A stretch of DNA of 64,000 nt from Hydrolagus colliei (taxonomy: Eukaryota), in contig CM068747.1 in the NCBI GenBank assembly GCA_035084275.1, positions 26,660,001 to 26,724,000 on the forward strand. The letters are read 5' to 3'. The notes below the pieces were generated by a model, which saw only the letters and a list, made by a program, of their open reading frames with translations, made no database searches and was not told the origin of the DNA. This document shows positions 13,212 to 26,067 of this stretch, piece by piece. Within the stretch, counting starts at the first letter, position 1. Each line of letters begins with the position of its first letter. The translations under genes and the position numbers were made by a program.

Positions 13212-13530
13212 CCTTGTAGCTCAGTGGTTAGAGCACTCGCCTTACACGTGTGAGACCTGTTCGAATCCAGGCAGATTAGGGTGAAACCTTGGGCAAGTTT
13301 CCTTACTCCACACATCTAATAATAATCCCTCCAAAAAAAAACACAATAATAAAAATTGGTCAATTCAATCCACGACTCTTTGTGGGACACATCTGTGTGC
13401 AATTGGCTGCCGCGTTTCGCCCACAAATATACAGTCAATTCACTTTACTGTGAAGTATTCTGTGAAGCGCTTTGAGACATGGATAAGATGCGGAAAGCGC
13501 TATATCAAATGCAAAATTTATTACTGTTAT
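13212..13530 (+). mobile_element. tRNA-derived SINE, full length
   Basis: tgtagctcagtggttagagcactcgcc head through atatcaaatgcaaa tail. Confidence 0.9.
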
Positions 13531-14423
13531 TCCATCCTCGTTACCAATGAATCCGTTTCTAAAATGGCGATTCTGTCGACCTTGCTTGGTAAATCATTGT
13601 GCCACTTTCTAAGCCAATCAAGGCTGACTTTAAGAGGCGTGAGATGTAAGGTTTGCGAATGGGCTGCGAGCTATCAAAACAAACCGTATTTCAGGGGGCG
13701 AATGAAGTCGTAAAACTACACGCTAAACTACTACGCGGTGATAAAATGCCTAGTTTTATGAAGCGATGAACGTGTGCCTGGATTAGTGTAACACACGAGT
13801 GGTACAGGTTTCTTTACTGGGCTGTTAATGTGACTGTGGCTGGGAGCTACCTATATACAGCACTGATAGTGATGATCTCTCTTATCAGATCAGTGTACTG
13901 TAGACAGTCTGCACAGGGAAGGCCCTTGTGGATTTTGTACTTCCTCCAAAAGCCAATTAGGGTGGGTGTCAAACTAATCTAGTTTGTGCTAATTAATCTT
14001 AACAATTTTGACATGTGCACTTGTTAAGGAGCTGGTTCCGTCCCTGCCAACCTCTGAACTTTCATCTCTGTGAACCAGATTTGTTTAGAGCATGGATCGG
14101 AGCTTAAATTAAAAACTGTACAGCTGCTTTACTAATTATTATTGAGTTCTAATGTGTTGAACGAGCATATCACGTTACACTTAAAATAATTGATCATATT
14201 TCAAGGGAATTCTGAGCTAATTGCTGAATGAGGGTAATTTTCATTAGTGTCTACATTTGACCAGAGTGTGTGCGGACGACTGTATAAGAAATTCTTTCGG
14301 ATTCTAAAAATTTCAGCAAGTTCTGTTGTAAATCTCTCTGAAGTTAACTTTCAAATATCCCTGATTAAGATTAATGAGTGGCGGGGTGACTTTCTCTTTT
14401 GGCTCTTGCTAATGATTAGGATT

Positions 14424-14550
14424 GAGAGGACGTCCCAAGCCACTGGACAGTTGAGGGTTTGCACCCGAGCTGGGGGCTGGTATCAAATGGATGACAGAAA
14501 GTGTGATCAAAGGGGAAGGTCTCGAGACAGGCCTTGAAAGGGGGTAAAGG
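14424..14550 (-). mobile_element. L2 3' remnant
   Basis: gaggacgtcccaagccactggacag...acaggccttgaaagg. Confidence 0.65.
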
Positions 14551-14954
14551 GAGGGAGCAACAGACATGAATGTCAACTGTTCTCAATTTAGTTTTTGCAA
14601 CCAACCCATAATTCCCTTATGCTATTACAAATGTAATCTTGTTGTTGCAGATAATGTGACTAACAGAGACAATCTAATGGATCTGTTCACTACTGTATTT
14701 GTGCAGAAATGGGTGATGCAATCAGCTTTCTGTATATAGGCTAACAAGCTTCAGAGGTTGCTTGTGTACTTTATAATAACCATTTCATTGTGTATCAACA
14801 TCTGATGCACGTTAGGGAATGACGTCTTCAACATTACCTCCAGAATGGATTGTAGATCCTTGTGTTCCTGCAGTGTCTTACGAGATTATTAGAGATAAAT
14901 CAGACCGAGGTTTGACTTTGTTTCCAGTTGCACAGCATAGCACTCCCACTGATA

Positions 14955-15160
14955 CAATCTTAAGATCAGAAGAATTTTCTAAGCGAAAGTGGTCCATCCA
15001 GTTCACTTTCCACCAATCTGGCAGTCGCATGATACATCATGTCCCAAACTATATGTTTTTCCTAACTAGAATTTCTTCTTGAAAGAATGAACGCAGTCTG
15101 CTTCCACCGTCTCCCGAGGGAGCCTGTTCCTTATATGTACTTCTCGCTCAAACTCGTGAT
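14955..15160 (-). mobile_element. Old CR1 3' remnant
   Basis: Minus strand encodes WNRLPRETVEADCVHSFKK, like the CR1 ORF2 C-terminus WNALPEKVVEADSITTFKR. Confidence 0.5.
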
Positions 15161-15469
15161 GGTTATGGTGCTGGGCAGAGTACTGCGCTAATAGGCAAGG
15201 ATTAACGATTGGAATACTGTACATTGCAACTGCAGGTAAAGGACATGCAGTGTTTTCAAACTTTTGACTTTGGAACAGATTCTTGCATGGATTACGAGAA
15301 TGCTGTACTATGGTTTGGTCAGAGGGATGCTAATTTGTTCCATGTGCTGATCTTAATCTGTATGGAGCAAGAAGATGAGCAGGGAAGAGTTGTCATGTGT
15401 ATTCATGTACCCACTCACACACACAATCACATGTTTTAGACCAACATCCATGTGGCTCAATATAGCATA

Positions 15470-16070
15470 ACAGTACTAATAATCTTCGCATCTGATGTAG
15501 TGCGTTTCATGTCTTCTAGACATCTCAAAGCGCTTCACAAAATATACTACTGAATTGACTGTATATTTGTGGACGAAACTTAGCAGCCAATTACTATATA
15601 CGATAAAAAAACAATGTTCATTGATGTAGATTCATACAATAGATAATATATATTGCCCTTCATGTACAATAAGATCTCTGAGCACTTCATGAAATTACAT
15701 TTGTATAGTCACTGGTGCCTTTCACATCAGGAGGACGTCCCAAGGCGCTGGACATCAAACAATGGGGAAGTGGGAGGGAGCCACAGGCATGATCAAAGTG
15801 TTGAGATTCTGGACTTGATTTGAAGGCATTTAGAGTAGAGAAGATGTAGGGGAAGGGAATTCTACAGGTGTAGTTAATGAGGCTTAGTTACTGATGGTGG
15901 TGCAGGGGGATTCAGCCATCACATCGTAGGACCAAGTTAAGTGGAAGGCGAAAGGAGAGAGGGAGGACAAGATCACAATGATAGGGAAGTGCTAGAACTT
16001 GAAGATGTTTATAGGGTGAAATCCTTGAAGTTGATCAGTTAAGGAACTAACTGGGGAGTTGAGTACAGTT
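15470..16070 (-). mobile_element. SINE tail (about 15470-15590) and degraded L2 3' end (about 15690-16070)
   Basis: aatcttcgcatctgatgtagtgcg...ctcaaagcgcttcac, then ttacatttgtatag...caggaggacgtcccaaggcgctgg. Confidence 0.6.
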
Positions 16071-18764
16071 AACAGCAGGCAACAGCAGGCACTGGAAGTA
16101 AGTGAACAAGATTGGGAGATAAAATGACTGAAAGGTCATTGCTGCTGAAGATTATTCCAGGGCTGAATACTTTTCAGCTTTCATCATTGGACTGTGGCAG
16201 AAAATCTCTCTCTCTCTCTTTCAAAAAAAAGTTCACTATGTCTGGAAATATTTCTGATCGTGTTTGCCCAAAAAAGGAGAATTTCTGACATATTCTGCAA
16301 CCAAAGCTGTTGGAGGCTCGTTGACAGTCTGATGGAGAAATATGGATGACTTCATATAAAGGCTGAACAGTTCACTGACTCCTTGCCCCCCTTTTCTGGG
16401 AGCCGTCTCAGTGAAACTAATCTTTGTGGTACAGAGTCCCCATCATCCCAGGCTTGTCTCCGAATAAACAAAGCGGCAAAATCTTAAGCCTGGGAGCCCA
16501 TGTAGCAGCAGGCAAAGGATTTTCTGATCAATGGTGTAAAGCATTATCACCGATCAGCTTGGATATGCTTTGTGTAAACAACACTGGCCACGATACATAA
16601 ATAATCATTTATTGAGGTACTCTAGCACATGGCTTAGAAGCCTGTCTTCTTTTAGCAGCTAGGAGCTAAATACAGAGCATGTTAACAGGATGAAAGGCTC
16701 CACTTTCAAATGGGTTTTGTGATACTCTAGTGGGATGAAAGCAGAGAAGCAGATTACCTCTTAATTTAACATTGTGTGGGATTAAATTGGGATCTCATTG
16801 AGAGACCACTATACTGTATGATCAAATGATTTGCAATTGGTATTTGCAATTGGAGAAGTAATATTGTTTTTATGTTCCATCAGGGATACAGTGTATTGCT
16901 AAAGAGGGGGGGATGCAAATTACATGAATATTTTTCTGTTTACAATTATTTTCTTGTAATTCTTTTAGAAATCATTGGCAAGCGGTGGTTTAAAAAGATG
17001 TAGGAAAGACAAAAGGCTCGACTTGTTTAATTAACCTTGACAAGTGGCTGTGGTGTCTGTTGAAGGATGTTTTGTTTGATCTAGTGCTCCCAATTATTTG
17101 ATGGTCGATCAGTTTTTATTTTTAAACTTCTGATAAAAGTGAATCCTGTTCTGGGCTGAGCTGTTCTGGGAGCTGAGCTCACCTCAAGCTATTGAAATCC
17201 ATTACTATTGACCAAACAAACTTGATATAGCAGCAATGAACCCACAAACCATCACATAGACATCAAACAAGAAATTGGAGTCCAGTTTAACATCCCAACA
17301 ACTTGCGTTTACACAGCCGCCCTTCACGCAGGGTGATGTCTCGAATCGGGCAAACTAATTTTAGAGTAGAAGACCTATCTAAAATATCACCGCACATAGG
17401 ATTTGGGGATAATTATTTTGCATTTGCTTCTGCAAAAAATCGTACTGTCAATAAAAACCGGCTTCAAGTAATTGAAGAGATCTGCCTGTTCAGGCACTGA
17501 TCCCATTGCATTCTTCAAGAGGAGAAGGGAATTTCTCCCAGTGCCCTGGCCAACAATGTCCCAACAAGTTAGATCATTCCCTTCCTTCATGGCTGTTTGT
17601 GGGGAGTTGCTGTGCCCACAATTGGCTGTTGTGTTTGCCCACAAATACTCGGTCACTCCACTTCACACCGGAGGGTAAATCAATCAAAGACCCCAATGGA
17701 GGAGTCATCGGGCATCTAAATTTATCTTCTTATAAAAATGTCAACACCTCTGTTTTGTTTCTCCTTTGCAATGCTTGTTTATTTGCATGGGTCGATTTAT
17801 CGTATGAGCTTCACTCCAGGCAGGGAGGGAGACATTTTTTCCGACTGTCTCCTTGGGTTTCAGATCTTTTCCAGCTTTCAGTCGTCTTCTGAAGTTTGGC
17901 TTTTATGTCGATCTGCCATCACTCAGCCTGATGTAACAGTGTTCAGAATGTCAACATTTCAAGCATTCTGTGGGGAAAATAGCCAGGCTCCATTCTGTGT
18001 ACTTTGTATAATTAACGACCTCAGTCATAACAACTTTGATTTGATAGCTTTGACACTGGCGAGACCATCATTTTGTTTTCGTCGGATGTAGCTAGGATGC
18101 TGTAGGGAGCTAGCTTTTTGACTTAAGAGCTTCTGTTCAGGAATGAGTGGTTTGATTATCCAGCCAAGAAAATTCATCAGGAAAAATGGAACTAGATTGA
18201 ATACAATTGAGATCCGAACCCGAATTCTGACCAGTGGCTGGCAAATGTCTATAAATTCTGAAAAGAAAATCATATCCTTATGAGCAACGAGATTTTCAGT
18301 ATACTGCCTCGGGTTCTGTTTGGCTGGCTCCCAAAAGTATTTTGCAACATGGATCTACTTTCCAAATAAATATGAAATGCCCTAAAGGCAGCAATCCAAC
18401 ATTTCCCTTTTGTGAACTCGTTCATCACAACAAAATGCCATCAATATGAGATGTAGTTGGACTGTCTGTCGATTGAGGATTACTGTTGAATAGTTTGATG
18501 CATAAAAGAGTCAGGAAATCTGAATGTTCAGCTCAGATTGACATATCAACAATGTACTGTATTTATTTTCTGAGAAAGTCAAGTGACTTTGTCATTTCAA
18601 AGTAAGTTTCAAAGTAAGTGCTGCGTTCTGTGCATATTGAGATCTTGAGAAACTGTTTTTTTCCCCCAAAAGGTAAGATAAAATAAATACTTTGAAACAA
18701 ATGTTTATCAAGAGATAAAAATAAATCTGGCTTGTTTTAGTTTTGTGAGTGACTTTGATGATGA

Positions 18765-18875
18765 TGGTGATAATCATTGCATTTGATCTAGCGCCTTAAC
18801 ACATCTTCATGCCTTGAAGTGTTTCACGGAATATATTGTAAAGTGTAGTGACTGTATATTTTGTGGGAGAAACGC
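18765..18875 (-). mobile_element. SINE tail remnant
   Basis: ataatcattgcatttgatctagcgcc...gaagtgtttcacggaatatattgtaaagtg. Confidence 0.6.
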
Positions 18876-19432
18876 TAGTCTCAACGTAAAATAAGTCACA
18901 CTAGACTGTATTACGAAGCAATAATGCATTCAGGGATTCAGATAATGCCTCAAAACAGTAAGCAAAACATGGGAATTTGTCAACATTTGAATACACGGGT
19001 TAATGCTTCAAATACTTTTGCATAGAGCTGAGAACCCTGATGACACGTGCACCAAACAACTTCAGTTTTACTCCAGTGTAAAATCACTTATGTCAGTGAA
19101 GTTAGGCTTTTATTTCCAACCAGAAGTCACAAATGATGCAACAAACCAGGTTTTGCTAATTTGCGAACAAAAAAATGAAACCCCATTAATGTGTATGGCT
19201 GAACACTTGTGATTGATTGTGCCGGAGTGAAAATTGTGTAGTTCATTTTCCTAGCCAGAGGTATTGATTGTTTAAAAAGTTTGGATCATAAGAAATCTTG
19301 GAAACACAATTTCAGTAATAGATAACTCAAGATCTAGTTGTGCATCCCAACCCAATTACTGTTCAGTGTTGCTTGTGTTCTGTTTATTGGTTTTATGCTT
19401 CTCTGATAACGATTTTGAAGCTGACTGATTGC

Positions 19433-19483
19433 GCTCTCTCTCTCTCTCTCTCTCTTTCTCTGCGTTCCCTCGCCCTCCGTCAG
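19433..19483 (+). repeat. (TC)n microsatellite forming the polypyrimidine tract of the first coding exon
   Basis: ctctctctctctctctctctctttctctgcgttccctcgccctccgtcag| with the acceptor at 19483. Confidence 0.8.
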
Positions 19484-19498
19484 ATTAGATAGCCAGTC

Positions 19499-19663
19499 AT
19501 GGGAGATGTTCAGATTGCCTCCACTACGACTCGTATTTCCAAAACAACGTTGACTTTGGAAAGGCCTCAAGCCGGCACACTACCTCCCGAGGCACCAGCA
19601 TTCATACTGCCGCCCAGGAACGCTCGAGTGTCTTTGGGTGGAACAGCCAGATTTGATGGAAAG
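19499..19663 (+). CDS. MYLK: MYLK first coding exon (equivalent of human exon 4); exon starts at 19484
   Basis: MGDVQIASTTTRISKTTLTLERPQAGTLPPEAPAFILPPRNARVSLGGTARFDGK matches the MYLK N-terminus MGDVKL...EAPAFILPPRN. Kozak gtcATGG, in-frame TAG just upstream, 165 nt, donor aag|gtaaga. Confidence 0.95.
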
Positions 19664-19759
19664 GTAAGAAATACTACTTAAGGCTACCAAGAGATGCAGT
19701 AAAACTCACATCACTTTTTCTGAACATGTTTCAGAACATTTTACGTGACTCGCACGATA

Positions 19760-20073
19760 CTATTGCATTTGATATAGCGCTTTTCACATTTTATCGATGT
19801 CTCAAAGCACTTCACAGAATATACTGTAAAGTTAATTGACTGCATATTTGTGGGCGAAACGCAGCAGCCAATTGCACACAGCAGCGTCCCCACAAACAGT
19901 TGTGGATTCAAATAAACAATTTTTTTTATTATGGTGTTTTTTTTGGGACACATTATTATTAGGTGTATGGAGTAACGAAACTTGCCCAAGGTTTCACCTT
20001 GATCTGCCTGGATTCGAATACAGGTCTCACGCTTGTAAGGCAAGTGCTCTAACTACTGAGCTACAGGAGCTCC
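19760..20073 (-). mobile_element. tRNA-derived SINE, full length
   Basis: Complete head, core and tail, about 100 nt downstream of the first coding exon. Confidence 0.9.
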
Positions 20074-20342
20074 TGGCAAAGAATTGATAAGCTATTGACA
20101 AAGTATTGCTAGTTCTAAACACACCGGAAGCATTGTGTTTATCATTTACACTGCAGCTGGGGCATGTTGAGATAAACTGTGACATTTAAGGCACGTTCGA
20201 GGTAAATCTCCTGGCATGTTGATTCCTGCTGGCTCTTTGCTTTCAATTGCCAGGTTATGTACTTAAAAAGGTTAAAGATTTCTTTCACTTATATTCAGAA
20301 AATTGAAATGAATTGAAATGAACTGCACCTGTGAAGGTATCG

Positions 20343-20647
20343 TCCTGTAGCTCAGTGGTTAGAGCCCTTGCCTTACAAGTGAGAGACTTGGGTTGGATTC
20401 CAAGCTGGGCGAAACCTTGGGAAAGTTTCCTTACTCCACACACCTAATAAGAATCCCTCAAAAAATAAAAAAATAAATTGGTCATTTCAATCCATGACAG
20501 TATGTGGGGACGCTGCTGTGCACAATTGGCTGCTGCGTGTCGCCCACAAATATACAATCAATTCACATTACTGTAGATTCTGTGAAGCACTTGGAGGCAT
20601 CTAGAAGATGTGAAAAGCACTATATTAAATGCAAGGATTATTATTAT
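20343..20647 (+). mobile_element. tRNA-derived SINE, full length
   Basis: tcctgtagctcagtggttagag...attaaatgcaaggattattatt. Confidence 0.9.
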
Positions 20648-20842
20648 AGACCTGATGCAGATTGGCGGACGGTATGAGAATCATGGCTTCGCATACAATC
20701 CAATCAATGTAACATTATGAAGCAAATTTATTGGAATACAAATGTATTGGAGTTCCACGATTGCAGTCCTGATACAGATGTGAATTCTACTATGTATATA
20801 TATATGTGTGTGTATATATATATATATATATAATAGCATATA

Positions 20843-21249
20843 CAGTAGAAGCCCGTTTATCTATGACCCGATCAACCGTAACTTCTGTATAACCGGCACC
20901 TCATAAAAAAGGTCCGCATTCGATAAATCGGAATTTATCCTGAAAAATGCATTTTTTTGGTGTTTTGTGTTGCATCAGTATTTTGGAATGCTGCTACAAG
21001 GTGCCTGATGGTGGCGCTAGCTCAGAATGCTGCCGGCACTGTAAAGCAATGCACTCTCCGCAGTGTACACTTTGAGAGGTAGAGCGGGGTGAGTTGATTC
21101 ATTTAGATTTAATTTAGCCACAAAACCGCAAAAAACACACCCATCCTGAGCAAAGCTTGCAGATCAATTAATTGCCTTTTATTATAATAAACAAGACTCA
21201 TCCTTGCAATGCTCATTTTACAGAGTGCAGTGTTTCAAGTTAGTGCGCG

Positions 21250-21303
<54 letters not shown>

Positions 21304-21600
21304 CATCACAAGGCTTTTTGGAAAGAAAGTTAACCGAGCGGCCGTCGCTCACTCTCTGCTTTCTCAATAATACGTTTGCTTTCCTCTCTTCTGCCCCCAA
21401 TGAGAACAGTGTCATTCAGAGGTGTAACTTTTGCACTAATTTAAAGATCTCTCTGAACTGCCTGGTTGCTGTGTGTAAAATGATTATAATTATTGTTTAA
21501 TTATAAATAATTAAATAATATTATTTCTCTGAATATCCGACAGGCGCTTTAACCAGCACTGGCCAGTTCCCGAGGGTGCCGGATAAATGGGCTTCTACTG
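20843..21600. mobile_element. Non-autonomous Tc1/mariner (Tigger/pogo-like) DNA transposon, 758 bp
   Basis: TA|cagtagaagcccgtttatctatgaccc ... gggtgccggataaatgggcttctactg. Terminal inverted repeats, TA on the left, TA/TG microsatellite on both flanks. Confidence 0.75.
21253..21300. repeat. (CA)n microsatellite inside the MITE
   Basis: More than 20 CA units. Confidence 0.95.
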
Positions 21601-21929
21601 TGTGTGTGTATATATGTGTGTGTGTGTGTATATATATATATATCTTTATTTATATCTTGCCTGTTCCTACTGAAGCATTGCATGTCAGACACCAACACCA
21701 GGTGTGGCTGTTGCTCCTGATTGGCATTTTGAACAATTGAATCCTTATCCATCACAGAATCGTAGGGATAGATTAAGCAATACATTGTCATGCACCCTGC
21801 GTGAATTGTGTAGGAGGTTCTACATTTCTGCAGGAGAGATATGCTGTGGTTTAGATGGGAGATGTCTGCTGCCTACTCAGTTTCTGTATCCGTTTGAGAT
21901 ATCAGAGGACACAGATTTAAGCTAATTGC

Positions 21930-22105
21930 CATAAGAACCCGAGGAGGAACTTTTAAAAAAAAAAAATCCAGAGAGCTGTTCTGGAACGCACTGCCTGAAA
22001 GGGCGACAGAAGCAGATTTGATTGTAGCTTTCAAAAAGGAACCAGATAGGTGGTTGAAAAGAGAAAATTTGCAGGGCTATGGGGGTAAGAGCGGGGAAGT
22101 GGAAC
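21930..22105 (+). mobile_element. CR1 ORF2 C-terminal remnant (older subfamily)
   Basis: WNALPERATEADLIVAFKKEPDRWLKRENLQGYGGKSGE. Confidence 0.7.
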
Positions 22106-22106
22106 T

Positions 22107-25100
22107 CATTTCAGATTTCTCTTCACTTTTAACGTCCCTCTGTGTTTCCTCTGATCGCCTCATCATTCTTGGCAACTTCAACCTCCATTTCACCCCCTCC
22201 TGCCCCATTTCCTCTGAACTTTCCTCTTTACTTTTGTTATTCAACTTCTCCCTTCACATTAACACTGCCACCCACACCCACGGCCATCCGCTCGATCTGG
22301 TGATTACCCGAGGCCTCAACGTCTCTGGCGTCACCATCATCGACAAGGCCATTTCAGACCATTTCTTCATCTCTTTCAACACCTTTATCCCTCCCCCCTC
22401 CACCTCTAAACCCACCACCATCTTCTACCGGCCCTGGAAGAAGATTCCCCCTCAAACCTTCACCTCTGCCCTCGAAAACTCCGACCTCCTCCCACAGTGG
22501 CACTCTTTTTGCATCAACCCATCCTCCGCCTCCACCGCCCTCCATAACACCCTCTCCACTACCCTCGACACCCTGGCCCCCCTCACCACCAGAACCGTCT
22601 CCCACTCCCGATCATCACCGTGGTACACAACTCACCTCCGTTCCCTCAAAAGCCAAGTGTGAGCAGCTGAACGCACCTGGCTCAAATCTGGCCTCACGGT
22701 CCACCGGCAAATCTGGCTGGACCGCATCAGATTTTACCGCTCCGCCCTAGCCACCGCCAAATCAGCCTTCTACTCCAGGATAATCTTGGAAGCGAAGGAC
22801 AACCACCGCCTCCTCTTCGCCACCACCAACCAGCTCCTCCACCCCCCCCCGTCTCGCTTCGCAGATCCTTTCCTCAAACGAACGTTGCGAGGAGATGTTG
22901 GACTTCCTCGAGTCCAAAATAGAGAGAATCCGCTCCGCGGTTTCCTCCCCCCACCTCTCCTCCACCTCCGCCCCTCCATCCGTTATTTCAACCCTCACCC
23001 AACCCCCCCCTTCATATTTTCATCCCCACCTCCCCGTCTTCAATCACTAAAATAATCACCTCCATGAAACCCACCACATGTTCATTGGACCCCATCCCCA
23101 CCCCCATCCTCCGCACCCAGCTCCACCTTCTGGCCCCGCTCATTTCTGTCACCATTAACCTTTCCCTCTCCTCAGGAACCGTCCCTACCTCCCTTAAAAC
23201 AGCCACCATCACCCCTATCCTGAAGAAACCCTCCCTTGATGCGTCGCAACCATCAAGTTATCGACCCATCTCCAACCTCCCGTTTTTATCCAAGGTCCTT
23301 GAAAGAGTGGTTGCCTCCCAGCTCCGCTCTTTCCTTTCAACTCACTCACTCCTTGAACCCCTCCAATCAGGTTTCCGCCCTATCCACAGCACAGAAACTG
23401 CCCTGGTTAAGGTTACAAATGACATCCTAACCGCCTGTGACCAGGGCTCCCTCTGCCTCATAGATTCATAGATTCATAGAATTTTACGGCACAAAAGGAG
23501 GCCATTCGGCCCATCTAGTCTGTGCCGGCTCTTTGAAAAGAGCGATTCAATCCCACTGCCCTGCCCGCTCCCCATAGCCTAATAGACCTGTTCTCCCTAA
23601 ATAAATATCTAATTCCCTTTTAAAAGTTGTTATCGAATCAGCCTCCACCACCTTTTCAGGCAATGCATTCCAGATTCGAACAACTCGCTGAGTGAAAAAA
23701 ATTCTCCTCAGCTCCCCTCTACTTCGCCTTGAAACTATTTTAAATCTGTGACCACGAGTCACAGATTCACCCACGAGTGGAAATAGTTTTTCTCTATTTG
23801 CCCTGTCGAAACCCCTCATGATCTTATAAACCTCTATTAGGTCTCCCCTCAATCTTCTCTGCTCCAGAGAGAATAACCCTAGCCTATCTAGCCTCTCCTC
23901 ATAGCTGAAGTCCCTCAATCCTGGCACCATCCTAGTAAATCTTTGTTGTACCCTTTCCAATGCCTTCACATTCTTTCTGTAGTGTGGTGACCAGAATTGA
24001 ACACAGTATTCCAGCTGAGGCCTCACCAAAGTCTTATAGAGGTTAGTCAGCACTTCCTGACTTTTGTATTCTATACCCCTATTTATAAAGCCTAGTATCC
24101 CATATGCCTTCTTAACATCCTTGTCTACCTGTCCTGCCACCTTCAACGAGTCACTAACACAAATCCCCAGGTCTCTCTGTTCCTTCACACCATTTAAAAT
24201 TGTACTATCTAGCCTATATTGCCTCCCTTCATCTCTTCTCCCAAAATGCATCACCTCACACTTCTCTGCATTAAACTTAATCTGCCATGTGTCTGCCCAC
24301 TTTACCAATTTGTCTATATCCTCTTGCAGATGGCTACTATCCTCCTCACTATTTACTATTCTCCCTAACTTAGTGTCATCTGCAAACTTGGAAACTGTAC
24401 TCCGTACACCCAAGTCCAGATCATTGATGTAGATTACAAACAGCAATGGTCCCAAAACTGATCCCTGTGGCACACCACTGCTCACTTCCCTCCAGTCTGA
24501 AAAACAGCCGCTCACTACAACTCTCTGCTTTCTGTCTCGCCTCCTCGTCCTCCTTGACCTGTCTGCTGCGTTCGACACAGTCGATCACACCATCCTCCTC
24601 CAACGTCTTTCCTCCCACCTCAACCTTCAAGGCACAGTCCTTGACTGGTTCCATTCCTATCTGACCCACCGCCTACACTTTGTATCTTCCAACGGTTTTT
24701 CCTCAAACCCCCGCATAGTTTCTCACGGAATCCCTCAGGGCTCTGTCCTCGGCTCCCTCCTTTTCACCCTTTACACGCTCCCTCTGAGCGATGTCATCCG
24801 CAAACATGGGGTAAATTTCCACATGTATGTGGACGACACCCAGCTGTACCTTTCTGCCTCATCCCTCAACCCCCAGACCATCGATGTTCTGACAGCATGT
24901 CTGTCCGACATTGAGTCCTGGACGAGGGACAACTTCCTCCAATTGAACGTGAGCAAGACCGAGGCCCTCCTGATCGGCTCAAGCCAGCGCCTTCGCACAT
25001 CGGGCGCTGCCAGCCTCAACATCCAAGGCTGTACTCTCCACCTCACAAAGCCAGTCAGGAACCATGGCATCACATTCGACCAAAAACTCTCCTTCCTCCC

Positions 25101-25786
25101 CCACATCCGTGCCTTGACTGGCACCGCTTACTTCCACCTGTGCAACATTGCCAGGCTCCGCAATTATCTTACCCCCCACGCTGCCGAAACACTCATGCAC
25201 GCGTACATCACTTCAAGGCTGGACTACGGAAACTCTCTCCTCGTTTGCCTCCCCAGCTCCTCCATTCACAGGCTGCTGGTCATCCAAAACTCTGCAGCCC
25301 GTGTACTATCCCGCACCCGCCTCCGCGACCATATAACCCCAACCCTCGCCCGTCTCCACTGGCTCCCCATCCTCCAGAGGATCGAGTTCAAGATCCTCGT
25401 CCTCACCTTCAAGGCCTTACACGGCCTTGCCCCGCCCTATTTAACCAACTTACTCTCCCCCTACAAGCCCACCCGGACCCTCCGTTCAGCAGGACTTGGC
25501 CTGCTCCAAGCCCCCCGCCCGAACCGCCCCACCATCGGAGGCTGGGCCTTCAGTTTTTCTGCTCCGACCCTATGGTATTCCATCCCCCAATCCCTCCGTC
25601 TCGTTTCTTCCCTTTCCTCTTTCAAGGCCGGTTTGAAGACTTTCCTCTTTGACCGTGCCTTTTGTTCCCACCCGAATTTTTCGACCTCCCTACTTGTTTC
25701 ACCCCTTCCCGTACACTCCCCTCCCAGCTCGGGTCACACGCCTCTTGTGCAGCGCCTTGGGACGTCCTCCCGACGTGAAAGGCGTT
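22107..25786 (+). mobile_element. L2 LINE, 5'-truncated, interrupted by a CR1 at 23460-24540
   Basis: APE end (LIILGNFNLH, HTHGHPLDLVITRG, SDH), [58 protein letters not shown], and the L2 tail hairpin. Confidence 0.95.
23460..24540 (-). mobile_element. Young CR1 LINE 3' fragment, 1.08 kb, inserted in L2
   Basis: Open RT C-half ([33 protein letters not shown]), 3' tail attctatgaatctatgaatctat, 5-bp TSD GCCTC. Confidence 0.95.
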
Positions 25787-25838
25787 GTTAAGCACCCTTC
25801 ACCCAGGTAAATCTGCTCTCAGTATTGAAGCAATCTAT

Positions 25839-26067
25839 GGAGCTCCTGTGGCTCAGTGGTTGGAGCACTCGCTTTCCAAGCATGAGACCTGTGTTCGAAT
25901 CCAGGCAAATCAGGGTGAAACCTCGAGCAAGTTTCCTTACTCCACACACGCACCTAATAATAATCCGTCCAAAAAAAACAAAATAATAATTTGCTTTATA
26001 TTCTGTGAAGCGCTTTGAGACGTCGATAAGATGTGATAAACGCAATATCAAATGCAAGGATTATTAT
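25839..26067 (+). mobile_element. tRNA-derived SINE with central core deleted
   Basis: Head and tail present. The gctgtgcgcaattggctgcc core is missing. Confidence 0.85.

Noticed and set aside
22018-22662. 214-aa ORF as a CR1-L2 fusion protein
   Set aside because: It is a chance in-frame junction of an old CR1 C-terminal remnant with a truncated L2 endonuclease end. It has no real start and ends at a premature TGA.
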